From: an uncultured Chloroflexia bacterium
GTDB lineage: Bacteria; Chloroflexota; Limnocylindria; Limnocylindrales; CSP1-4
Assembly: GCA_963813535.1 (NCBI GenBank)
Contig: CAWEZH010000002.1
Span: 160,001 to 224,000, forward strand
Direction: 5' to 3'
Length of the DNA: 64,000 bases
Part shown: positions 21,399-28,986 of the stretch, piece by piece
Numbering within the stretch: the stretch's first letter is position 1
How the letters are laid out: every line of letters begins with the position of its first letter
The notes under the pieces: generated by a model
Databases searched by the model: none
What the model saw: only the letters and a program-made list of their open reading frames with translations
Told to the model about the DNA's origin: nothing
Program-made: the position numbers and the translations under genes

Positions 21399-22202
21399 TC
21401 AGGCGGGCCGCCGGCGCTCCTGGAGGACGTGGAACGCGGCCATCGCGACCGTGAGGAAGATCAACCCGCCGATGTATGAGCTGACGGTCCGCCCGTTCAG
21501 TTCTCCATAGAAGAGGGCGGCCGTGACCAGAAGGGCGACGCCGTTGACGATGAACAGCCGAGCCGCCGTGCGGATCTCGTCCCAGTCGCGAGCGAAGGCC
21601 ATGGTCCCGCACCAGACCGACCAGCCGAGGAACCACGCGGCGACGATGCGCGCGTCCAATGGGTTGAGCTCCCAAGCCCAACGGTGCGCTGCGAACTCGG
21701 GGTTGATCAGGAGGAGCAGGCCATGCATGAGCAGCAGCCCCGTCACGAGGACGAGGAACCGCTTGAACCACAGGAGGATGGGGCCTCCGCTGACGGGGGC
21801 CTCGGCTCGCATGATCCCGCGCGGGATCAGGTAGATCATCACCACCGGCTCGAAGATGTAGAGGATCACCCAGATGTGGGCCGTCGGCGGCGTGAACTGT
21901 GACCAGGTGAATTCGTCGATGTGCCAGAACGTGGCGAGCAACAGCGTGCCGGTGAAGGCGAGGTTGCCCCACACGATCCAGCGGAGCCGGATCCAGTCCG
22001 CCTGGCGGGCGACATTGAGGAAGAACAGTGTCCGGAAGATGTAGCCCGCGCCGATGAAGGCTTGGGCGTAGCGCGGCTGGACGTCCCACGCAAAGTATTC
22101 GGGCACGAACTGGGGGAACACGAGCATCCACACGGCGAACCACGCGGCCGCGAGCGCGCCGAGAACGCCCCAGAGAACCTGTGAGCGAGGTGGCCAGCTC
22201 AT
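21399..22202 (-). CDS. Polytopic membrane protein with internal two-fold repeat
   Basis: About 8 hydrophobic segments. FPQFVPEYFAWDVQP..FIGAGY..ADW repeats as NPEFAAHRWAWELNP..IVAAWF..RDW. Confidence 0.75.
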   Translation of the reverse strand: MSWPPRSQVLWGVLGALAAAWFAVWMLVFPQFVPEYFAWDVQPRYAQAFIGAGYIFRTLFFLNVARQADWIRLRWIVWGNLAFTGTLLLATFWHIDEFTWSQFTPPTAHIWVILYIFEPVVMIYLIPRGIMRAEAPVSGGPILLWFKRFLVLVTGLLLMHGLLLLINPEFAAHRWAWELNPLDARIVAAWFLGWSVWCGTMAFARDWDEIRTAARLFIVNGVALLVTAALFYGELNGRTVSSYIGGLIFLTVAMAAFHVLQERRRPA

Positions 22203-22209
22203 CGAGGCT

Positions 22210-23031
22210 TCAACGCTCGACATCGATCGTGAAGCTGGCCGTGTCGAACAGCCATTCCTTCGGGCGACCGAACAGCCCGGCCTCGCGAACCCAGCACGTG
22301 ATGCCGATCCGTAGTTGTTTCGTGGCCTTGGGCACGAGCAGTGTCTGGAGCAAGGCCTGGTGCCCGGCGATCTGCTGGTCCTGGGCGTAGAGGCTCCACT
22401 CGGCGCCGCCATAGCCGTCGCCGGGGCCGGAGATGACCTTGGGCACGGAGACGGTGAAGCTGATCGACAGCTTCGCGTTCTCATTGATGCTCGCGCCGAC
22501 CTTGGCCGCGGTCAGGGTCACGCCGGGCACGGTGCTGATCGCGGCCTGGAATTCCTTCGGCACCTCGAGCGATCCGTCGAGGCCGATGTCGACGCTCGCC
22601 TCGGCCCCGACTTTGGCGATGTCGAGCAGCTCGGTCGACGGTTGGACGTCCACGGTGTCGGCCTGGACGTCGAACAGCTCGACCTTGTAGCCCATCCCCC
22701 AGACCTTCGCTGGCTTGCGGCCGGGAGCCGGCTGCGCGGTCACCCCATGCGACAGCAGCACCGGGAACTTCCGCCCGAGTCCGGCCACGATCATCGGGTC
22801 GGGGGTCTTCTCGGCGAGCTTCCACAGGCGGCGCAGGTCGATCGCCCGCGGCGCCGGCATCGCCAGGCTGAACGGCGCGTTCGACGGTAGAGCACGCGTC
22901 GCCTCGTCACCGCCCCGCCGGACCGGACCCGCCGCCTTCAGGGCGTCGGCGGCCATCTCCTTGAGCACGCCGTCCTCGACGTCTTGTGGGTTGCCTTGCG
23001 CCTCGAGGGTCCGCGTTCCCCGCTCCGCCAT
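22210..23031 (-). CDS. Hypothetical beta-rich protein (possible beta-pore-forming fold)
   Basis: RBS GGAG, ATG 23031, coding-like codon usage; alternating amphipathic strands VGAEASVDIGLDGSLEV and KVGASINENAKLSISFTVSV. Confidence 0.65.
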   Translation of the reverse strand: MAERGTRTLEAQGNPQDVEDGVLKEMAADALKAAGPVRRGGDEATRALPSNAPFSLAMPAPRAIDLRRLWKLAEKTPDPMIVAGLGRKFPVLLSHGVTAQPAPGRKPAKVWGMGYKVELFDVQADTVDVQPSTELLDIAKVGAEASVDIGLDGSLEVPKEFQAAISTVPGVTLTAAKVGASINENAKLSISFTVSVPKVISGPGDGYGGAEWSLYAQDQQIAGHQALLQTLLVPKATKQLRIGITCWVREAGLFGRPKEWLFDTASFTIDVER

Positions 23032-23256
23032 CTTGTCTCCTCCCGCTCGGCGCCGCACCGAGACGCTACCAGGCAGACAGTTCGCGCAGGCCCCGACCCC
23101 TCTGACGGCCATGCCGAGACCGCCCAGTCTAAGCCTGCATGTCGAGTGTTCCCGAGTCGCTGCGAGTAGGGCGTGCGCACTTGCGACGTCGAACTACGCT
23201 GGCAACTACTGCGGAAGCTGCACCACCGGGCCGCCGCCGCAAGAAGGGACGCGACC

Positions 23257-23928
23257 ATGTCGACGCCGACCAGACTCTCCCCACGCATCCTGACCCTCGC
23301 CGCGATCGTCGCTCTGGCCGTGGTATCGGGTGCCTGCGACATCGGTGGCACGCGCGGCGAAGGTGCGGTGACGAGCGAAACGCGCGAGGTCGACGCGTTT
23401 TCCAAGGTCGAAACCGGTAACGGCATCAACGTGACGATCGTGATCGGCACTCCTGCCGACGTCGAGGTCAGTGCCCAGGGCAACATCCTCCCGATCATCG
23501 AGACGGGTGTCGCGTCCGACACCCTGCGCATCCGCAGCACGAAGGGATTCTCGACGTCCGAAGGCGTCGAGGTCGTGATCACGACGCCGCAGGTCGATGG
23601 GATCGTCCTCAGCGGTGGCTCGCACGGTACGGTCGATGGGCTCGCAGCCGACGCGTTCGATGCCGAGCTCAGCGGCGGATCGGTGCTGACGGCCAATGGG
23701 ACGGCCGGGACGGTGTCCCTGGCGACCAGCGGCGGGGCGATCGCCGAGCTGGAGGGTCTCACCGCCGGGACGGTCACGGTCGACGTCTCGGGCGGCAGCC
23801 GCGCCGAGGTCCGCGCGACCGACGCCGTCAGCGGGTCGGCGAGCGGCGGCAGCAACGTGACCGTGTTCGGCGACGCGGACACCCAGGTGGACGCGACGGG
23901 CGGCGCTTCGGTCGAACACCAGTCATAG
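23257..23928 (+). CDS. GIN/DUF2807 beta-helix lipoprotein
   Basis: Lipobox VSGAC; GEGAVTSETREVDAFSKV; repeated SGGS motifs. Confidence 0.85.
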   Translation: MSTPTRLSPRILTLAAIVALAVVSGACDIGGTRGEGAVTSETREVDAFSKVETGNGINVTIVIGTPADVEVSAQGNILPIIETGVASDTLRIRSTKGFSTSEGVEVVITTPQVDGIVLSGGSHGTVDGLAADAFDAELSGGSVLTANGTAGTVSLATSGGAIAELEGLTAGTVTVDVSGGSRAEVRATDAVSGSASGGSNVTVFGDADTQVDATGGASVEHQS

Positions 23929-23958
23929 GGCGTCTGCCTGGCGGGTAGCCTGTCGGGC

Positions 23959-24419
23959 GTGAAGCGCGTCACGGCGAGCATCGACATCGACGCCCCGGCC
24001 CAGCGAGGTGTGGGACCTGTATGCCGACGTGCAGGGCTCGGTCGACTGGGTGCCGTTCGCCGAGGAGATCCTGTACGTGAGCGGGCCGCCCGGTGTCGGG
24101 CAGGTCTACCGCGAGCGGACGAAGCTCGGCGGCATCAGCGATGTCGCCGAGTGGCAGGTCATCGAGTGGGACCCGCCGCGCCGCCAGGTGCAGCTGTCGA
24201 CCGACAAGGGCATGGACTCGAGGTTGGTGATCGAGATCGAGCCTCTTGAGCCGCTCGATGCGCGGCCGGTCGCGGGTCCGCCAGGAGGCGATCCTGGAGT
24301 CGCGACTACCTGTGGTCGTTCGTTGGCTGCACGAGGCGGTGTTCGCGGTCGTGGCCGGCCGTGGTGTCCGCGGCGCGGTCGAGGCGGCGAAGCGCCACCT
24401 CGAGTCGGATCCGGCCTAG
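23959..24419 (+). CDS. SRPBCC family protein (frameshifted)
   Basis: MKRVTASIDIDAPA..VWDLYAD..DWVP..VIEWDPPRR. Confidence 0.7.
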
Positions 24420-24440
24420 ACGAACGGCCCAGGAATCGAT

Positions 24441-24466
24441 GAAGCCCGGCGGGATCGCCGGGCTTC
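24441..24466. terminator. Hairpin between convergent genes
   Basis: GAAGCCCGGCG-ggat-CGCCGGGCTTC perfect 11-bp stem. Confidence 0.65.
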
Positions 24467-24486
24467 GATGCTGGCTGGTGCTTCGG

Positions 24487-24825
24487 TTAGTAGCTTCGGC
24501 GCTGCGTCTGGAAGCAATCGCTGCAGTACACGGGCTTGCTGCCGGTGGGCTGGAACGGGACCTGGGCCTCGCGGCCACAGCTCGAGCACGTGGCGCTGAA
24601 CATCTCGCGCGGGCCGCGGTCGTAGCCGCCGCCGCCACCGCTCGAGTAGCCGCCACCGGAGCCACCACCCGAGTCGCCGCGAGCAGCCTTGCGGCTTGCG
24701 CGACAGCTGGCGCAGCGACGTGGTTCGGTGAACTGCCGGTCGGCGTAGAACTGCTGCTCACTCGCCGTGAACACGAACTCCTGGCCGCAGTCGGCGCAGG
24801 TCAGGTTCTTGTCTGATCCGTACAA
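24487..24825 (-). CDS. Zinc-ribbon / CxxC-x17-CxxC domain protein
   Basis: TTG start after AAGGAG. DKNLTCADCGQEFVFTASEQQFY..PRRCASC; MFSATCSSCG..KPVYCSDCF. Confidence 0.9.
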   Translation of the reverse strand: MYGSDKNLTCADCGQEFVFTASEQQFYADRQFTEPRRCASCRASRKAARGDSGGGSGGGYSSGGGGGYDRGPREMFSATCSSCGREAQVPFQPTGSKPVYCSDCFQTQRRSY

Positions 24826-24954
24826 AGAAAACACTCCTTCTCGTGCGACTTCAGCGAACCTATCTCGCCGAAACCGTTGAGAGGGAGTGATCGTGTTGTC
24901 GCGTTGGGCGGCGCACGTATCGGCGCCGGCCCACACAGTAACAGGTCTCGCGCG

Positions 24955-25476
24955 TCAGGTCGACGGGTATTTCTGGCAATTCGCTGAGCCAGATGCTGCG
25001 TCAGTCGTCATCCCAACGGACGACGATTCCGAACGAAGCTCGAACACAGGTCGCGTGGACGCCGCGCGCTCGGGATCGCTGCGGACCTCCGGGGCCGCGG
25101 CGGAGAACAGCACACGGGCGAAGAGCCGCCCGAACCACGGCAGGCGACCGACGTACGTAGGCAGGATCCGGGCGTAGAAGTCGGTCGCCTCGACGCTGTC
25201 GAGCTCCCGCGCGACCACCGGCTCGTTCGTGCCGCGAACGCGGATCTCGGCCGAGCCGGCCGCGCGCAGGTTGCGGACCCACTGGACGTCGCCGTACGCC
25301 CCGATGACCCAGCGCCGGCCATCGAGCTCCACGATGGCCACCGCCGCCGAGCGCGGCAGGCCGCTCGTTCGACCGCGGACGGTCAGGAGCACGTTCGGGC
25401 CCATCGGCGTGCCCAGGCGGAGCAGCCGGCGGGTGAGGGGATTCGAGGCGCGGACGAAGGCGGGAGCAGTGGTCAT
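24955..25476 (-). CDS. Deazaflavin-dependent nitroreductase family protein
   Basis: LLTVRGRTSGLPR, YGDVQWVRNLRAAG, PVFEL. Confidence 0.85.
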   Translation of the reverse strand: MTTAPAFVRASNPLTRRLLRLGTPMGPNVLLTVRGRTSGLPRSAAVAIVELDGRRWVIGAYGDVQWVRNLRAAGSAEIRVRGTNEPVVARELDSVEATDFYARILPTYVGRLPWFGRLFARVLFSAAAPEVRSDPERAASTRPVFELRSESSSVGMTTDAASGSANCQKYPST

Positions 25477-25488
25477 GGGAGAGTCCTC

Positions 25489-25515
25489 GGTCACGTTCTG
25501 GTGGTTGCGGTCGTC
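25489..25515 (+). promoter_or_regulatory. ECF41-type promoter toward the sigma gene
   Basis: GGTCACG-N16-CGTC, close to the ECF41 consensus TGTCACA-N16-CGTC. Confidence 0.65.
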
Positions 25516-25523
25516 ACTCGGTT

Positions 25524-25550
25524 GACGGACCCTCACCGGAGAACGTGACC
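25524..25550 (-). promoter_or_regulatory. ECF41-type promoter toward the nitroreductase gene
   Basis: GGTCACG-N16-CGTC on the minus strand. Confidence 0.65.
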
Positions 25551-25552
25551 GG

Positions 25553-26458
25553 ATGACCGACTCGGACTGGCTGGCCGCTCGATTCGAGGACCATCGCCCG
25601 CATCTGCGGTCGGTGGCGTATCGCATGCTCGGCTCGCTGTCCGAGGCCGAGGACACGGTCCAGGACGCCTGGCTACGAGCGAGTCGAGCCGACAGTGCCG
25701 CCGTCGAGAACCTCGGCGGCTGGCTGACGACGATCGTCGCGCGTCTGAGCCTCGACCGGCTGCGGGCACGCTCCACCCGCCGAGAGGACCTCGTCGGTGT
25801 CCAGATCCCGGACCCGATCATCTCGAGCATCCAGGGCGGCTCGGCGTCCGCCATGGGTGACCCGGAACACCTGACGGTGCTGGCGGATTCGATCGGTCTC
25901 GCGATGCTCATCGTCCTCGACCGGCTGCCGCCCGCCGAGCGGCTGGCGTTCGTCCTCCACGACACGTTCGGCCTGCCGTTCGATGAGATCGCGCCGATCG
26001 TCGAGCGGACGCCGACCGCGACCCGCCAGCTCGCGAGTCGTGCCCGACGCCGCGTCCGGGGCGCCGGCCCGACGTCGTCGGACGTGCCGCTCGCCCGCCA
26101 GCGGGAGATCGTCGATGCCTTCATCGCCGCGTCCCAGGCCGGCGACTTCGAGGCGCTCCTGCGCATCCTCGATCCCGACGTCGTGGTCCGTGCCGACACC
26201 GCCGCGGACCGCGGCCCGTTCGCGGGCGTGACCGAGGTGCGGGGGGCGCACGCCGTCGCTGCGCAGGCGACCGCCTTCGGGCGATTCGCGGCGGGCGCCC
26301 GCCGCGCGATCGTGAACGGCGGCGCCGGTGCCGTGGTCTATTCGGCGGGTCGGCCGTTCGGTGTCGTGGCGGTCACGATCCGCGGCGATGCCATCGTCGA
26401 GATGGACTTCATCCTGCGGCCCGAGCGGCTGCGGGCGCTGGGCCTCGCCGCCGACTGA
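25553..26458 (+). CDS. ECF sigma-70 factor, ECF41/SigJ-like with C-terminal SnoaL domain
   Basis: LRSVAYRMLGSLSEAEDTVQDAWLR, ERLAFVLHD, RQLASRARR, LLRILDPDVVVRAD. Confidence 0.9.
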   Translation: MTDSDWLAARFEDHRPHLRSVAYRMLGSLSEAEDTVQDAWLRASRADSAAVENLGGWLTTIVARLSLDRLRARSTRREDLVGVQIPDPIISSIQGGSASAMGDPEHLTVLADSIGLAMLIVLDRLPPAERLAFVLHDTFGLPFDEIAPIVERTPTATRQLASRARRRVRGAGPTSSDVPLARQREIVDAFIAASQAGDFEALLRILDPDVVVRADTAADRGPFAGVTEVRGAHAVAAQATAFGRFAAGARRAIVNGGAGAVVYSAGRPFGVVAVTIRGDAIVEMDFILRPERLRALGLAAD

Positions 26459-26459
26459 G

Positions 26460-27068
26460 TCAGCTGGCCGGTCGGCGGAGCCCGTCGATCGCGACGGACA
26501 GGAGCCGCCCGGAGAGGTCGGAGCCCTCGCCGCTCAGCTCGCCCGCATGGGCGATCGCGCTCGCCAGCATCAGGACGTCGGTGACCTCGACGTCGTCGCG
26601 GATGGTGCCCGCCTCCTGGGCGCGCTCGACGAGCCGCCCACCGGTCGTCATGACCATGGCCTTGCAGGTCGCGAACAGGTCCGAGTCCCGGCCGAGCGCC
26701 GTCGTGAGCGGACCCATCAGGCCGCGCTTGACCGCCCCGAACGAGACGTACCCCCGGAGCCACTCGGAGAGCGCCTCGCCGGGCTCCGTATCGGAGTCCA
26801 GGAGTCGGTCGCCCTCCGCGCAGAGCCGTTGGACCTCGTCGCGGTAGACGGCCTCGAGCAGCGCCACGCGGGTGGGGAAGTGGCGGTACAACGTTCCGCT
26901 GCCGACACCGGCGTCGCGGGCGATGTCGTCGAGGGACGCGTCGGGGCCGTCTCGCGCGATGGCGATCCGGGCGGCCTCGAGGAGGCGCTCGACGTTGCGC
27001 TTGGCGTCGGCGCGTTGGGCGCGAGGCGGTTCGGTGTTCGGCTTGGTCGGCGCGTTCTGCGCGTTCAT
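26460..27068 (-). CDS. TetR/AcrR family regulator
   Basis: RADAKRNVERLLEAA..SLDDIARDAGVGSGTLYRHFPTR. Confidence 0.9.
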   Translation of the reverse strand: MNAQNAPTKPNTEPPRAQRADAKRNVERLLEAARIAIARDGPDASLDDIARDAGVGSGTLYRHFPTRVALLEAVYRDEVQRLCAEGDRLLDSDTEPGEALSEWLRGYVSFGAVKRGLMGPLTTALGRDSDLFATCKAMVMTTGGRLVERAQEAGTIRDDVEVTDVLMLASAIAHAGELSGEGSDLSGRLLSVAIDGLRRPAS

Positions 27069-27102
27069 GAAGGTTTCGTGCCTTTCGTCGTCTCGATCCT
27101 CT

Positions 27103-27182
27103 AAGCGGGGAAACTCCCCACTTGTCAAACGGAGACTGTCCCCGTATAGTACCACCATCGAAACGGAGACGGTCCCCGGTTT
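27103..27182. promoter_or_regulatory. Three TetR-type operators overlapping a sigma70 promoter
   Basis: AAGCGGGGAAACTCCCCACTT (27103), AAACGGAGACTGTCCCCGTAT (27127), AAACGGAGACGGTCCCCGGTT (27161); TTGTCA-17-TATAGT at 27122-27150. Confidence 0.7.
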
Positions 27183-27218
27183 CCGACCAACGACCTCACA
27201 TCACCCCAGGAGGACGAC

Positions 27219-27464
27219 ATGGCCCGCAAGCGAACCGCACGAACCAGTACCGACGCGGCGCGTCGTCGCACGAACGGCGGCGTGACCTCGATCCCCATGG
27301 CGACGCGCACGCCAAGCGTGTCGGCCGCACCGTACGTGCGCGACACGCGCTGGGCGACCCCGGTCGCTCGACGCCGCACGGATGTCGTCGTGGTCGAGGT
27401 CGCTCGACCGATGTCCGCGGCGTCGCGCTCGTCGGACGAGGACCCGCTGCTCCTGACCGCCTAG
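27219..27464 (+). CDS. Small basic hypothetical protein
   Basis: RBS AGGAGGA; lies directly downstream of the promoter/operators. Confidence 0.55.
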   Translation: MARKRTARTSTDAARRRTNGGVTSIPMATRTPSVSAAPYVRDTRWATPVARRRTDVVVVEVARPMSAASRSSDEDPLLLTA

Positions 27465-27483
27465 GCTCGGTGGCGCTCGAGGA

Positions 27484-27865
27484 TCAGTTGCCTGAGCCCA
27501 TCGACGCTTCATCGAACGGCGACATCAGCTGGAAGTAGTTGTCGTCGGGGTCGGCGAAGGTCGCGATCCACGTCCCCGGTGCTTGCTCGAAGTCGTACGG
27601 CTCGCGGATGACGATGGCGCCGGCGGCCCGGAATCGATCGAAGTCGCCCTTGACGTCGTCGCTCTCGATGTTCCAGATGATCCGGCCGGGCGCCGCGTTC
27701 TTGCCGTGGACCTGGTCATGGGGGCCGATCGACACCGAACCCGAGCCCATCACCCAGGTGGTGTAGCCGCCGTCGTCGTACGCGGGCTCGCCGAGGAGCT
27801 TGCGGTAGTAGTCGGCTGAGCGCCTTGGGGTCCTCGGACCCGATCAGGATGCCGTTGAAGTTCAT
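27484..27865 (-). CDS. VOC/glyoxalase family protein (frameshifted)
   Basis: RBS GGAGG. MNFNGILIGSEDP..YYRKLLG..IATFADPDDNYFQL. Confidence 0.8.
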
Positions 27866-27913
27866 GTCGCCTCCTCTTTCACGACCATTGTCGCTCAGCA
27901 GCAGGCCGTCACC

Positions 27914-28451
27914 TCACGTCGGATCGCGCCGCAACAGGATCCCGAGGTAGGCCTTCCACGGGCCGACCGCCGACTCCTGGCTGCCGGCCAGCGCCGAGTA
28001 GATCTGGGCGACGTGGTCGAGGTCGTGGACGGCCCACGTCGCGAGGAGCTGGCGCATCGTCACCTTGCCGAGCTCGGGGTGGCGACCGACCTTGTCGAGG
28101 TCGTCCTCGCCGACGAGCTCGCGCAGCCGGACGAGGCTGCGCGCGCCGAAGCTGCTCGAACCGGTCGATCAGCGTGCTGAGCGACATGCCCCGGTCGCGG
28201 TCCTTGTGGGCGAAGCGGTCGAACGGCTCGAACGACTTCTTGGCGCCGTGCTCGAGGATCATCTCGGCGCGCGGGATCCAGTCGTCGAGCTCGGCCGAGA
28301 TGAGGTGGCCGACGACGTCACGCGGCGTCCAGCCGTCGGCCGTGTCGGGCGTGTCGAGCCAGGTGGCCGGCAGGCCGTCGAGCAGCCCGCGGACGACGCG
28401 TGGCGTGCGCTCGAGCAGCGCGGTCGTGTCGGCGAGGAAGGTGTCGGTCAT
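27914..28451 (-). CDS. DinB family protein (frameshifted)
   Basis: LLERTPRVV, WTPRDVVGHL, WIPRAEMIL, LLATWAVHDLDHVAQI. Confidence 0.8.
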
Positions 28452-28871
28452 CGACCGGAGCCTTTCGACGCGGCGGCCTGGAGCTTGCGCCAGCCGCCGG
28501 CCCGGTTGTTCGCGATGATCGCCTTGAACATCGCCAGGAGCGCCCGCTCGTTGATCGGCTCGCCCTGGCGGTAGCTGATCTGCCGGCCGGTCTTGTTGTC
28601 GTGACCGGCGGTGATGATGCCCTCCGGGTCGGGCGCGATCGGGTCGTACAGGAAGACGTTGACGTGGTCCTTCGCGGCGAGGAACGCGCAGATGTTGCCG
28701 TCCAGGACGAAGTACGGCTGGACCGTGCGCTTGATCGTCTCCTCGACCTCGGGGTCGGCCTCGTGCACGAGATCGCGGACCCGGCTGAAGATCTCGCGCT
28801 GCCAGTCGGGCAGGGGAGCCAGGTAGGCGTCGACCCGGGGATCCTTCGATGTACGGCGACGCGGCAGTCAT
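28448..28871 (-). CDS. DUF1801 (YdhG-like) protein (frameshifted)
   Basis: DPRVDAYL..LPDWQ..VHEADPEVEETIKR..IIANNRAGGWRKL. Confidence 0.8.
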
Positions 28872-28986
28872 CGGGTCGAGCATACGACTCGGGCGTGAGC
28901 ACATGATCGCGCGGGGCGCGGCGCTCCCATAATGTCGCCATGGTCGGTGTCAGCGTCACCGCTGCAGTCCTCGACCGATAGCCGTC

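Noticed and set aside
22210-23031. Bacterial gasdermin call
   Set aside because: No N-terminal Cys or recognisable gasdermin pattern; kept only as a generic beta-pore-forming hypothesis.
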